Origin: an uncultured Gemmatimonadales bacterium
GTDB taxonomy: Bacteria > Gemmatimonadota > Gemmatimonadetes > Gemmatimonadales > GWC2-71-9
NCBI GenBank assembly: GCA_963695555.1
Contig: CAVOGR010000001.1
Location: 32,001 to 96,000 of the forward strand
DNA length: 64,000 nucleotides
Reading direction: 5' to 3'
The notes beneath the pieces are model-generated. The model was not told where the DNA came from. It was given only the letters and a program-made list of their open reading frames with translations, and did no database searches. Positions 40,008-50,141 of this stretch are shown here, in pieces; position 1 is the stretch's first letter, and every line of letters begins with the position of its first letter. The position numbers and the translations under genes were made by a program.

Positions 40008-40262
40008 ATGGCGGAAGAACCTGTTGGTATCGTGACGCATTTCTTCAAGGGACCGAGCGTGGCCATCATTCGCCTGGCCGAGGGGCCGTTGGCCGTGGGA
40101 GACAAGATCCACATCGTCGGCCATACCAGTGACTTCACCGAGACGATCACCTCGATGGAAGTCGACCATGCCAAAGTCGAGCGTGCGGCAAAGGGAGACG
40201 AGGTGGCAATCAAGGTGGTCGAGCGGGCCCGTGAGCACGACCGGGTCTTGAAGATCACCTAG
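40008..40262 (+). CDS. Small stand-alone beta-barrel protein (EF-Tu domain II / U32 peptidase C-terminal-like)
   Basis: VGIVTHFF...VGDKIHI.G...SME......A.KGDEVAIK; GGAGGGAG RBS. Confidence 0.75.
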   Translation: MAEEPVGIVTHFFKGPSVAIIRLAEGPLAVGDKIHIVGHTSDFTETITSMEVDHAKVERAAKGDEVAIKVVERAREHDRVLKIT

Positions 40263-40282
40263 CAAGCTGCCTCTCGCGGGGC

Positions 40283-41995
40283 TCACGCGCCCGGCTCCTC
40301 GCCTCCCCTTCGAAGAGTCTGGCCCAGCGCGCGAAACCCGAATGCCGGCGGCGTATACGACGCCGGCAGGTGCTCGTCGGGGATGGCCATCCGGTTGCCG
40401 TCGCGCACCGCCGCAAAGCTGGGCGACATGATCTCGACCCCTGCCGCATTGAAGGAATCCTGAATGCGCTGATGGAGCTCGGAGTAGATCACAGCCATCT
40501 GGTTCGGGGCGTCGGTGTAGGCGTTGATCTCGTACGTCACGTTGAAGTCGTTGAGGCTGGTCTGCAGTACGAACGGTGTTGGGTCATCCAGAATCTTCTC
40601 CGTGTCTTTGGCCGCCGCGAGCAAGAGCTCGTGGACCTTCTTCCACGGGGCATCGTATCCGATAGTCACCGCCGTGTGGAGAATCACACCCCGCCGCTTA
40701 GCTGACGAGCTGAAATTGATGATGTGGCTCGAGAGCACCATTGCATTGGGCACTGTGATGTCGACGTTCTTGATAGTGCGCACCCGGGTAACAAGCAGCG
40801 TCTTGGCGACGACATCACCTATCGTGTCGGCAATCTTGACCCGGTCGCCGATTTGGAAGGGCCGCATATAGGTCATGACGACGCCTGCCACCACGTTCGC
40901 GATGGCCGACGACGACCCGAACGAGATGAGCACGCCGAGGAATACCGAGATTCCCTTGAAGGCCGCCGTGTCGGACCCGGGCATGTACGGGTAGATCATG
41001 ATGGCCGCGAACACGATCACAAAGAACCGGACGATCGTGTAGGTGGGGTCGGCCCATTCGCGGTAAAACGAGCGAAACCGGATGTGGCCACGCTCGATGC
41101 CATTGAAGAACAGGCGAATGAACTTGAGCGCGTAAATGGTGACCACCACGATCACCGCGACCGTAATCAGATCCGGAATGTACGAGACGAAGGCCTGCCA
41201 CCCCTGCTGCAAGGGATCGAGGACGGAATTGATGAGAGCCGCCGACCACCGGCGGGTCCAGGGGAAGAACCCCAAAACCAGCGGCAGGAAGAAGTAGAGT
41301 AGCAGGATGACCGTCACCACCCGCAAGACCTTGGCGATCGCAATGATCGTATCGGTCAGGCGGGTCGAGGAAATCAACTCCAGCCGCTGAATCTTGATCG
41401 AGGGGATCCTGGTCTCACGCCACGACTCGAGCTTGGCGTAGACCGCCGGGAAGAAGCGGTTGAGGCCCTTGAATAGGGCGACCAAGGCCCCGGTCGCGAG
41501 CAGGGTCCACAACGCGCCGAGCAACAGGCTCCGGATCGTCACGCTGCGGCCGCGTCCTTGAATGGCCTCTTGCACGCGCTGGGCATAGACCTGGGCCACT
41601 TCGAGGCGGGGCCGGGCGGGGCCCACCGTGTCCTCCGGGAGGATTCGGAGCAGCGCCACGCTGCCGACTCGGAGTTCGAAGGTGCTGTCGACTACCTCGA
41701 CGGCGGTCGAGCGCGCAGCTGTCGTCTTGGCCAGGCTATCGATGCGGCCGACGAGGGCGCTGGCGCGCGCGGCCGGCGTGAATGGGCCAAGAGTCCCGTA
41801 GAGGGTAAAGAGCGTGTCGCCCCGGATCACCACGGGCGCGCCCCCGGCCTGGGTCGTGTCGACAGCGGGAGACGCAATGGTGTCGGCCTGCCCGAGCGCT
41901 GGGCCAGCCGTACTGAGAGTCAGGGCGAGCGCCAGGCCGGCCCACCGAGCCTGCCGGACCGTTTGCTGCCATCCAAGAACCGAACGCGTGATCAT
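40283..41995 (-). CDS. MscS-family mechanosensitive channel with periplasmic N-domain
   Basis: ANVVAG..MRPFQIGDRVKI, ITVPN, INFS, VTIGYD, FNAAGVEIMSP. Confidence 0.93.
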   Translation of the reverse strand: MITRSVLGWQQTVRQARWAGLALALTLSTAGPALGQADTIASPAVDTTQAGGAPVVIRGDTLFTLYGTLGPFTPAARASALVGRIDSLAKTTAARSTAVEVVDSTFELRVGSVALLRILPEDTVGPARPRLEVAQVYAQRVQEAIQGRGRSVTIRSLLLGALWTLLATGALVALFKGLNRFFPAVYAKLESWRETRIPSIKIQRLELISSTRLTDTIIAIAKVLRVVTVILLLYFFLPLVLGFFPWTRRWSAALINSVLDPLQQGWQAFVSYIPDLITVAVIVVVTIYALKFIRLFFNGIERGHIRFRSFYREWADPTYTIVRFFVIVFAAIMIYPYMPGSDTAAFKGISVFLGVLISFGSSSAIANVVAGVVMTYMRPFQIGDRVKIADTIGDVVAKTLLVTRVRTIKNVDITVPNAMVLSSHIINFSSSAKRRGVILHTAVTIGYDAPWKKVHELLLAAAKDTEKILDDPTPFVLQTSLNDFNVTYEINAYTDAPNQMAVIYSELHQRIQDSFNAAGVEIMSPSFAAVRDGNRMAIPDEHLPASYTPPAFGFRALGQTLRRGGEEPGA

Positions 41996-42098
41996 CGTAG
42001 ATCCTGAGAAGTGGAGCCCCAACGGGCCCCAGAGAATGGGAAATATATCAGGCAGCAAGCCGGTCTGTTGGCCGGAAGGCGGGGTCGCGCTGCCCGGC

Positions 42099-43013
42099 CT
42101 AGGCGGTGCCTGGGCCGTTGGTGACGCGGACCTGGAGCGGGGGCATGCCCACCAGTTCGAGACTCGATGACGCGAGCCCCACCTGTCCGCCGGCGGCCGC
42201 CAGCTCATCGAGCAGCCGAGTGGAGATCTTGTCTTTGGTTATGCGCCGGCGGCGGTAATTGACCACATAGCGGGCGGTAAATTCGAGCCAGTTTTCCGAT
42301 GCCACCATCGTGATCATCGGCTCCACCTGCGCCTCCTCGATCCGGTACTTCCGGACCATTTGCTCCCACGACTCCTTGGCGAACGCGGTATACTCGCCGA
42401 CCTCGGCCTGGAGGACTCGGGTCAAGATCTCCCGCGCCAGGTGATGATCGCTGCCATGTCGGATGGCGATGGTGAACTCATCCCAGAGGAACGGGAAGTC
42501 CGCCGAGTAATTGAACACCGGTTCCTTGAAGACGAAGCTATTGGCGATGCGAACGATGCGACCATTGTATAGATCGCCCTTCACCCAGTCTCCGGTCTCC
42601 ATGAGCGTAGTGCGGAACACACCGATGTCGATCACGTCGCCGCGGATGCCGCCGAGCAGAATGCGATCGCCAACGCGGAAGAACTGTCCGAGTGAAATGG
42701 CGACCCAGCCCGCGATGCTGGCGATGACTTCCTGCAGCGCGAAGGCGATCCCGGCTCCGGCCACACCGAACGCCACCGTGAGGGTGCCGAGTTGTTGGCT
42801 GAAGATCGCCGCGATCATCAACAACGCCATAAAATAGCCGGCGAAGGTCACGACCTTCCGGCTGCGGTAGCGCATGTCGGTGTCGGGTATCAGGCGCCGC
42901 AGCCAGCGATTGATGAGGCGCACGAAGATGCCCACGATCAGCACCGCGATCAGCGAGGTCGCGGCTTTCCGGATCATCGGATTGGCGAGCCAGAGTGCCT
43001 GGAGTTCCTGCAT
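42099..43013 (-). CDS. MscS-family mechanosensitive channel
   Basis: AGIAFALQE, FRVGDRI, GDVIDIG, IANSFVFKEPVFNYS. Confidence 0.92.
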   Translation of the reverse strand: MQELQALWLANPMIRKAATSLIAVLIVGIFVRLINRWLRRLIPDTDMRYRSRKVVTFAGYFMALLMIAAIFSQQLGTLTVAFGVAGAGIAFALQEVIASIAGWVAISLGQFFRVGDRILLGGIRGDVIDIGVFRTTLMETGDWVKGDLYNGRIVRIANSFVFKEPVFNYSADFPFLWDEFTIAIRHGSDHHLAREILTRVLQAEVGEYTAFAKESWEQMVRKYRIEEAQVEPMITMVASENWLEFTARYVVNYRRRRITKDKISTRLLDELAAAGGQVGLASSSLELVGMPPLQVRVTNGPGTA

Positions 43014-43025
43014 GGTGGCGGCGCT

Positions 43026-43979
43026 TTAGCCTTTCCGTTGCAGAGGCGTGGTTACCTGCGCGGCTTGGAAGTTCTCCACTGCCTCCCGAGTCGGCAAGGA
43101 GGGCTGGGCGCCGAGCCGGGTGGTCGCGAGCGCGCCGGCCAGGGCTGCGAAACGCACGGCATCGGGAATGGCCTGGCCCGTCGCGAGCGCCACGGCCAAC
43201 GCTCCGTTGAACGCGTCCCCTGCTGCCGTTGTGTCGACCGCATCGACTGCCGGTCCCTCGACGAGTCCTGCCCCTGCTCGACTGGCCCAGAACGCACCAT
43301 CGGCGCCGAGGGTGATGACGACAGTGGCGGCGCCCGTGCCGAGCAGGGCAGTTGCCACTGCTTCGGCGGCACGGGCATCGCGCAGGGCGACACCCGAGAG
43401 CACGGTCGCTTCACCCCGGTTCGGCGTGAGCACGGTGACCTGTTCCAGGAGCTCGCGGTCGAGCGGCTGGGCGGGCGCCGGGTTCAGCACCACCGGGACC
43501 CTCGCCGCCTGGGCTAGCCGGGCTGCGTGGCGTACCGTTTCCAGCGGAGTCTCGAGCTGGAGCAGCAGGACATCCGCATCGGTGATGGCGTCTCGGGCAC
43601 GCTCGACGTCGTCGGGGTTCAAGAGGCTGTTGCTGCCTGGCGCCACCGCGATGGCGTTTTCCCCGCGCTCGTCGACGATAATGAGTGCCACCCCCGACGC
43701 GGCATGCGCGTCGCGCACGACGAACTCGGTCTGGATTCCTTCTCTGGTCAGCCCTGCCACGGCGGCGTCGCCGAACCCGTCCATGCCGATTCGCGCGACG
43801 AAGCTCACGTCGGCCCCGAGGCGGGCAGCGGCGACCGCTTGATTGGCGCCCTTACCGCCCGGCGCCGAAATAAATGTGCCGCCCAACACGGTCTCGCCGG
43901 GACGCGGAATGGTCCGGGCCTTGATCACCAAATCGGTGTTGGAGCTTCCGACAACCACCACGCGCGGGCCCCGGCTCAT
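43026..43979 (-). CDS. rbsK: Ribokinase
   Basis: VGSSNTD, PGGKGANQAVAAARLG, LQLE, DTTAAGDAFNG, GAQPSLP; ATGA overlap with the upstream gene. Confidence 0.94.
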   Translation of the reverse strand: MSRGPRVVVVGSSNTDLVIKARTIPRPGETVLGGTFISAPGGKGANQAVAAARLGADVSFVARIGMDGFGDAAVAGLTREGIQTEFVVRDAHAASGVALIIVDERGENAIAVAPGSNSLLNPDDVERARDAITDADVLLLQLETPLETVRHAARLAQAARVPVVLNPAPAQPLDRELLEQVTVLTPNRGEATVLSGVALRDARAAEAVATALLGTGAATVVITLGADGAFWASRAGAGLVEGPAVDAVDTTAAGDAFNGALAVALATGQAIPDAVRFAALAGALATTRLGAQPSLPTREAVENFQAAQVTTPLQRKG

Positions 43980-44944
43980 GGCCGGAGCACCGAATAGAGC
44001 AGCGCTTTCCATGCGGGGATGTCGATCTCCCAGCAGACCGTGGCATTGGGCTCGCGGGACGTAATCGCGTTCCACACCGCGAAGTTGCGTTCGTCATCCG
44101 CGATGCCCAGCGCGTCTACCACCGTCATACCTCGGGTCAGTTCGCTCTGCGTCTCGATGTCGACCCAGTGGCGGCTCCGCCGGGTGCAGATGCCCGGGTC
44201 GATGGTGATGGCCATGGCGACCGGATCGGGGAGCGCAAGTCCCGGATCGCCCGATTGGCGGCGGTTGGCCTCGAGGGCCACGCGGTTCGAGTCGAGCGTG
44301 AAATGGGCGAGCGGCGTGTCGTAGGCTCGGACGGCTTCCATTTCGGGCACGGTGAGATTGGCCTCCTGCCGGCACAATTCCCAGCCTACCATCTCGAGCG
44401 GCAACCCGGCGTGGAACACGATCCGGGCAGCCTCGGGATCGACCCAGATGTTGTACTCCGCGGCGGGGGTGACGTTGCCAACGGTGCAGGCGGCGCCACC
44501 CATGACCACGCAGCGGCCGATCTGCGGGACGATGTCGGGAGCGCGCTGGACGGCGAGGGCCACGTTGGTCAGGGGGCCCAGGGTTACCAGCTCGATGCCG
44601 GGATTGGCGCGCACCCGATCGATCAAGACATCGACTGCGTCGTCTGTGCCGGGGGCCCGAGCCGGTGCGGGGTAGTGCTGATTGCCGAGGCCGTCGCTGC
44701 CGTGGAAGAAGTGAGCGAACGCCGCCTCTCGGGTGAGCGGCTTTGCGGCCCCACGATACACGGGGACGTCGCTGCCGCAGAGTTCGGCGGTGTAGAGCGC
44801 GTTCCGGACCCCTTGGTCCACGTTCACGTTGCCGGACACGACGGTGATCGCGACGACCTCAACTTCGGGGTGTCGGAGCGCCATGATGAGGGCCACCGCG
44901 TCATCGGACGCGGTATCGGTGTCGATCAGGAGCCGGCGAGTCAT
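43976..44944 (-). CDS. Inosine/uridine-preferring nucleoside hydrolase
   Basis: IDTDTASDD, HGSDGLG, LGPLTN, GNVTPAAEYNIWVDPEAA. Confidence 0.94.
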   Translation of the reverse strand: MTRRLLIDTDTASDDAVALIMALRHPEVEVVAITVVSGNVNVDQGVRNALYTAELCGSDVPVYRGAAKPLTREAAFAHFFHGSDGLGNQHYPAPARAPGTDDAVDVLIDRVRANPGIELVTLGPLTNVALAVQRAPDIVPQIGRCVVMGGAACTVGNVTPAAEYNIWVDPEAARIVFHAGLPLEMVGWELCRQEANLTVPEMEAVRAYDTPLAHFTLDSNRVALEANRRQSGDPGLALPDPVAMAITIDPGICTRRSRHWVDIETQSELTRGMTVVDALGIADDERNFAVWNAITSREPNATVCWEIDIPAWKALLYSVLRP

Positions 44945-45007
44945 GGGTAGACGGCCGGGCCGGAAAGGGAGGGGGAGTGGGAGGAGGAGGAAATACCCTG
45001 CCTCTGC

Positions 45008-45370
45008 CTATCCGCTCATGTTAAAGAAGAGTTGCGGCGACGCCTGATGCCGCTGGTCGACTTTTGCCTCGCCCATCGCCACCAGGATGTACAGGATGTT
45101 GAGCGCCTCGAGGGCCGTCCGGAATTGCCGGGGACGCTTGTTGCGCTTCGCGACTTCTTGGGACGTCAATCCCTTGGCACCGGCAAAACGCTTGCGGACG
45201 TAGTCGACCGCTTCAATGTTCACGATATTGAAGTTCCCGGCGTTGCGTTTGGCCCGGGAGAAGGACATGACGAAAAAGTGCTTGCGGCCCTCGAAGATGT
45301 AATAGGTTTGCCGCTTGCCTTGCGCTTCGCCCACGTAGGCCAACCCCTTGGCCAGGCTCTTGATGTCCAT
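45008..45370 (-). CDS. Hypothetical basic protein
   Basis: GGAGG RBS, coding-like codon use, Lys/Arg-rich. Confidence 0.7.
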   Translation of the reverse strand: MDIKSLAKGLAYVGEAQGKRQTYYIFEGRKHFFVMSFSRAKRNAGNFNIVNIEAVDYVRKRFAGAKGLTSQEVAKRNKRPRQFRTALEALNILYILVAMGEAKVDQRHQASPQLFFNMSG

Positions 45371-45483
45371 GCTGCCTCCGCTCGAAGCCAGAGGAATCCG
45401 ACCTACTGGAACGCCGCTCCCCTATCATTATCGGCGCCGGACGCCTGTGAGACAAGGTGCCGGTGGTCGCGAGGGGAGTTGTC

Positions 45484-46494
45484 ATGGGTGACGATCGCAC
45501 GCTCACGATTCTCTGTGGCGGCGACGTCATGCTGGGGCGGGGGGTCAACGCGATCGTTCGGCAAGAGGGGGCGGCGCACCCTTTCGCCTCGCTCACGCAC
45601 GTCACCCGGCACGCCGACCTGTTTATGACCAACCTGGAGTGCGCGCTCTCGACCGTCCCACGCCGCTATGCCGGCCCGCCCAAAGCCTTCTACTTCATCG
45701 CCGATCCCACTGGTGCGGACGTCCTGACCTACGCCGGCATCGGGCTGGTGAGTCTCGCGAACAATCACGCCCTGGATGCTGACGCGTCGGGCCTCGGCGA
45801 CACGCTCCGGCTGTTGGAGGGCGCGAACATCGCCCACGCTGGTGCGGGGATGAACCAGGAGGAGGCGGAACGACCGGCAATCGTGGACCGCTCGGGGGTC
45901 CGGCTCGGACTCCTCTCGTGCTGCGATCACCAAGCAGATTTCTCGGCGGGGGTCGACCGGCCGGGGATCTGGTATCTGAACCTCGAGGAGCCATACGGTC
46001 AGGTATCCTTGCTCGATCATGTCGAGGCACTGGCGAACCGGGTGGATCACCTCGTCGTGGCGCTCCATTGGCAGCCGAACTGGGCGCCGGTGGTGCCGCC
46101 GAGCTACCGCCGCCTGGCCCGCTCGCTGGCCGATGCGGGGGCGCGGATGGTGTGGGGCCACAGCCCGCATCATTTCCAGGGCGTCGAATGGATGGGGAGC
46201 GAGGCGGTGACGCTCTACTCGGTGGGAGATCTCGTGACCGATTACGCGGTCGATCGGGGATACCGGAACGATCGGCAATTGCTGTTCGAGGTGACCATGG
46301 CGCCGGGCAGGGTCTCGCGGATCCGGGCACTGCCCGTAGAACTCGGATATGCCGAGACCCGCCCAGCCTTGGGCGCCGCGCGGAAGTGGATCGCCCGGCG
46401 CTTTGGAACCGCGTGCAGGCAGGTTGGGAGCCGGGTACACGACGCCGGCGAGTGGCTCGATGTGCAGCCTTCGAGCGAGAGCTACGTTCGCTGA
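45484..46494 (+). CDS. CapA-family metallophosphoesterase-like protein
   Basis: GDVMLGR, NLE, SLANNHALD, LHW, GHSPH, YSVGD. Confidence 0.92.
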   Translation: MGDDRTLTILCGGDVMLGRGVNAIVRQEGAAHPFASLTHVTRHADLFMTNLECALSTVPRRYAGPPKAFYFIADPTGADVLTYAGIGLVSLANNHALDADASGLGDTLRLLEGANIAHAGAGMNQEEAERPAIVDRSGVRLGLLSCCDHQADFSAGVDRPGIWYLNLEEPYGQVSLLDHVEALANRVDHLVVALHWQPNWAPVVPPSYRRLARSLADAGARMVWGHSPHHFQGVEWMGSEAVTLYSVGDLVTDYAVDRGYRNDRQLLFEVTMAPGRVSRIRALPVELGYAETRPALGAARKWIARRFGTACRQVGSRVHDAGEWLDVQPSSESYVR

Positions 46495-47954
46495 GGTTCC
46501 GTCATCTCACGCACCGAGCGGCGGATGTCCTCCATACAGACTTCCATGCGATCCTTGTGGGTGCGGAAGCTCAACACGCAAATGCGGATCACGAACCGGC
46601 CGTCGAGCAGCGTCCCCGTGAGGTGGACGCGCCCCTTGGCGTTGATCCGATCCAGCAGCTCCCGATTCCGGCGGTTGGCTTCGTCCGGGGCGTGGCCGGC
46701 CGAGCGCAGCGCGAAGGCCACGATCGAGAGTTGGGGCTCGGCCACGATTTCGAGCGCCTCGATGAGGCGGAGTTGTCCGGCGGCCCACTCGGTCAGGTCG
46801 AGCTTTTCGTCCAGCGCCGCCCGGAACACCGCGGCGCCATGCATCTTGAGGGGCAGCCACACGCGCAACCCGCGAAAGTCCCGAGACAACTCGGGCGAGA
46901 TGGTGCAGTAGTCGATGAATTCGTCGGAGTGCTGGAGGCCCGGCATGTAATCCGCGGTTGCACTGTGCGCCTGCCTGAGCGTATCGAGTGTGCGCACCAA
47001 GAGGCATCCCGTGCCGTAAGGTAAGAACAGCCCTTTGTGAGGGTCGAGCGTGATGGAATCGGCCCGCTCGATGCCGGCAAGGCGGAGTTGGCCGCGCTCG
47101 GTCAGGATGAAGAACCCGCCGTACGCCGCGTCCACATGAAACCAGAGGCCCTCTCGTTCGGCGAGTGTCGCCAGGGCGGAGAGGTCGTCGACCGCGCCGG
47201 TATTGGTGGTGCCCGCGCTCCCAACCAGAAAGAAAGGCCGGGCCCCGCTGCGTCGGTCCGCTGCGATCTGGCGCTCCAGGGCGTCGAGGCGGATCGCGCG
47301 CCGCTGGTCAGTCGGAATCTGACGCACGTTGGCGGCAGGAAACCCGGCCAGCATTGCCGCCTTCAGCACCGAGTGATGTACCTGGTCGGAGGCGTACAGG
47401 GTGCCGGTCAGGAAATGTTCCGGCAGCCGTTGACGCCGCGCCGCGACCAGGGCAGTGAGATTGGCCAGCGAGCCGCCGGAGGTGAGCGTGCCGCCCGCGG
47501 TCCGCGGATAGCCAACCATCTCGTTGAACCACCGAATGACGTTGGTCTCGAGCTGAACCAAACCCGGCGCGGCGATCCACACCCCGACGTAGCGATTCAA
47601 CGCATTTGCCACGAGGTCGGCCACGGCTGCGTGGAACAGACCGCCGCCCGGGATGTAGGCGAGGTAGCCGGGTCCCGCGGTGTTGAGGCCCTTCGGAGCC
47701 GCCCGGTCGAAGATGAGGTCGATGAGGTCCCGGGCGGCGGTGCCCGTTTCGGGCAAATCTTCCACCAGTGACCGTGCGAGTTCGGCGCCGCCCGTCAGGT
47801 CCGCCGCGGGCTGGTCCGGCAGGGACTGGATGAATGCGATGATGCGCTCGGTTACGGCCTCCGTCAGCTCCCGCATGGCGTCCGGGGGCAGCTCCAGGGG
47901 GTGGACCGCGGCGGGGGCCGTCGTCGAACCAGGTGAAAAGGGAGCGGTAGACAT
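46482..47954 (-). CDS. Group II PLP-dependent decarboxylase (aromatic amino acid decarboxylase-like)
   Basis: SGGSLAN, HHSV.KAA, AGTTNTGAVD, HVDAAYGG, DPHKGLF (PLP lysine). Confidence 0.93.
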   Translation of the reverse strand: MSTAPFSPGSTTAPAAVHPLELPPDAMRELTEAVTERIIAFIQSLPDQPAADLTGGAELARSLVEDLPETGTAARDLIDLIFDRAAPKGLNTAGPGYLAYIPGGGLFHAAVADLVANALNRYVGVWIAAPGLVQLETNVIRWFNEMVGYPRTAGGTLTSGGSLANLTALVAARRQRLPEHFLTGTLYASDQVHHSVLKAAMLAGFPAANVRQIPTDQRRAIRLDALERQIAADRRSGARPFFLVGSAGTTNTGAVDDLSALATLAEREGLWFHVDAAYGGFFILTERGQLRLAGIERADSITLDPHKGLFLPYGTGCLLVRTLDTLRQAHSATADYMPGLQHSDEFIDYCTISPELSRDFRGLRVWLPLKMHGAAVFRAALDEKLDLTEWAAGQLRLIEALEIVAEPQLSIVAFALRSAGHAPDEANRRNRELLDRINAKGRVHLTGTLLDGRFVIRICVLSFRTHKDRMEVCMEDIRRSVREMTEPQRT

Positions 47955-48049
47955 AGAAGCAAAGGTAGCGCAACGCTTTGGGGCGATCAAAGCGCGGGTT
48001 GGGTGACGCGGATCACCGACCGAGGGCGCGCTCCAGCCACCTTGTATGG

Positions 48050-48077
48050 TTGCACCCGGAGGTGTTTCCGGTACTAT
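48050..48077 (+). promoter_or_regulatory. Candidate sigma70 promoter for the 48109 gene
   Basis: TTGCAC-N16-TACTAT. Confidence 0.4.
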
Positions 48078-48108
48078 TCGAGCAATTCCCATCTCAAGGA
48101 AAGCACCT

Positions 48109-49053
48109 ATGCGATCGCATCCTGTGAGTACCTCGCTCGTGGCCGCTCTTGCGATTATGGTCGGCGTGACGGCCTGCAGTGACTCGGCCGGAGTCGATCC
48201 CGGCGATCCGGCCGTGTTGAGCGCTGCCGAAGTCGCGGACATAGGGGATACGTTCGAGGAGGAGGCGGACCTGTCGTTTGGGGCCCTCTTTCATCGCGGG
48301 ACCCTGGGATGGTTCGATCTCTCCATGCCCAGTCTCAAGGCACTCTTCCCACCGGGCACCAGAGCCCATCTCCCGTCCCCGCTCATTGCCTGTCTCAGTG
48401 CAAGCCCGCTGCCGATCGACGACCCCGACGGCGACGGCGTTCCCACTGACCTGACGATTTCGTTCGACCCGGCCGGATGCGAATTCACCAACCCGAAGCG
48501 AGGGGCGCGCTTTGCCCTGACCGGGTCCGTGAACGTGAGCGATCCGCTGCCCAATAGCCCGGGTTACGATCTCATGGAGGTTCTGACCGACTTCGGCCAC
48601 ACCTTCACGAGTGGAAACGGAGCACACACGGCCCAGATGACCCGGAATGGGACCCGCAGCGTGAGCCAGGGCACCAACATGTTAACGGCGGTCGAGCAAC
48701 TCGTCAGCGCGCGAAGCGGAACGCTCGGACCCGAAAAGGCCGTGACATCCGATTGGGTGGTGGAATTCACCGGTGATGCCGACATCATGCACGGTGACCC
48801 GTTGCCGAGCGGTTCGATCACCATCGAGGGGGCCTGGACGTTCACCCGTGGCCCCCAGGTCCGGGAGTTTGGTATGACAACCGTCACCCCGCTGGTCTAC
48901 GATGCCAGCTGTACGAGCGACCGGCCCAGCCGCCGGATCGCCGCCGGCGAGCTGCATGCGGAGCTCGTAGTCGACGGGGTCCTTCGGGGGACGCTCTCGG
49001 TGGTGTGGGCCGGGTGCGGTACTGCGCCCACCAGGCTATTCACGCCTGCCTGA
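48109..49053 (+). CDS. Hypothetical beta-rich lipoprotein
   Basis: AAGGA RBS; lipobox VTAC; DPDGDG Ca-binding-like loop; four further Cys. Confidence 0.75.
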   Translation: MRSHPVSTSLVAALAIMVGVTACSDSAGVDPGDPAVLSAAEVADIGDTFEEEADLSFGALFHRGTLGWFDLSMPSLKALFPPGTRAHLPSPLIACLSASPLPIDDPDGDGVPTDLTISFDPAGCEFTNPKRGARFALTGSVNVSDPLPNSPGYDLMEVLTDFGHTFTSGNGAHTAQMTRNGTRSVSQGTNMLTAVEQLVSARSGTLGPEKAVTSDWVVEFTGDADIMHGDPLPSGSITIEGAWTFTRGPQVREFGMTTVTPLVYDASCTSDRPSRRIAAGELHAELVVDGVLRGTLSVVWAGCGTAPTRLFTPA

Positions 49054-49078
49054 TCGCGGGCCCACAGCTGAGCGCAAT

Positions 49079-49108
49079 AGAGGCGCGGCTCGCATGAGCC
49101 GCGCCTCT
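49079..49108. terminator. Hairpin between convergent genes
   Basis: AGAGGCGCGGCTC-GCAT-GAGCCGCGCCTCT. Confidence 0.7.
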
Positions 49109-49132
49109 TCGCGTTCCGGGGGACTTGGATCG

Positions 49133-49957
49133 TCAGGAAAACCACTCGGTGTAGAGATCTGGCCTCCGATCCTTCCAAAAGAGTCGGCGGGCGTGCGAGG
49201 TACTGCAAAGCGAGAGGTCCACATCTACCATGAGGAGATCCTCCTCGAGCCGCCTGCCGCGGGCGATGATTCGGCCCGACGGATCCACGGCGAACGACTC
49301 GCCCGCGAAGGACAGGTGCTCCTCTTTGCCGACACGGTTGCACAGGGCCGCGAAGTACCCGTTCTGGAACGCGGCGGTGCGCACCTCCGCTTCATACAGA
49401 CCCTCCGGCCATTCATCGACCGCGCCTGCCTGCGGAATGACGACTAACTCGGCGCCCGCGAGGCCCAAGGCGCGCATGTACTCCGGGAAGTGGCGATCGT
49501 AGCAGATCGCCACGCCGACCGCGCCGATGCGCGTGTGATACACCGGTGCCCCGTGGTCTCCAGGGCTGTAGTACGCCTGTTCGTGAAACCCGGGATAGTC
49601 GGTGATGTGGATCATGCGGGTTACGCCAAGGAGGGAACCGTCGGCGTCGATCACGGGCGACGAGTCGAAACAGCGATCCGACTCGGGATCGCGCTCGTAG
49701 AGGTTGAAGACGGTCACCAGCTCCAGCTCGGCCGCGCGGCGGGCGATGGCATCGGTCGTTGGCCCAGGCACCGGTTCGGCGAGGCGTCGTGCCTCCGCTG
49801 CGTCGGGCTGCTGGGGGAAGAAACGGTCGACGGCGAGCTCCGGGAACGCCACCAGGTCCGCGCCATGGGCCTTGGCGTCGGTCATGGCCGAGAGACCCCG
49901 CGCGAGATTGGCGGCGCGGTCCGGCCCGCACGCGTACTGTATCAAACCGATCTTCAT
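49133..49957 (-). CDS. Carbon-nitrogen hydrolase (beta-ureidopropionase / N-carbamoylputrescine amidase-like)
   Basis: FPEL, GFHEQAYY.PGD, ICYDRHFPE, NRVG.E, FAGESF, DRRPDLY. Confidence 0.92.
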   Translation of the reverse strand: MKIGLIQYACGPDRAANLARGLSAMTDAKAHGADLVAFPELAVDRFFPQQPDAAEARRLAEPVPGPTTDAIARRAAELELVTVFNLYERDPESDRCFDSSPVIDADGSLLGVTRMIHITDYPGFHEQAYYSPGDHGAPVYHTRIGAVGVAICYDRHFPEYMRALGLAGAELVVIPQAGAVDEWPEGLYEAEVRTAAFQNGYFAALCNRVGKEEHLSFAGESFAVDPSGRIIARGRRLEEDLLMVDVDLSLCSTSHARRLFWKDRRPDLYTEWFS

Positions 49958-50141
49958 GCACAAAACTCCTCGGGTTTATTCGAGCTACCGAATCGGGGTG
50001 ACGACCGTCGAAGCACAAGGAGAAATGTATTTTGCCACAATATTTCTTCATATGGGCTTCACCGCCACAAGCGGGACCGCTGGTTAGGTTGCCATGGCTC
50101 CATTAGCTGGAATTCAAGTGCAGAGGGGTCAGGAGGTGCCC

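Noticed and set aside
45484..46494. Poly-gamma-glutamate capsule locus
   Set aside because: Only a CapA-family gene; capB and capC are absent
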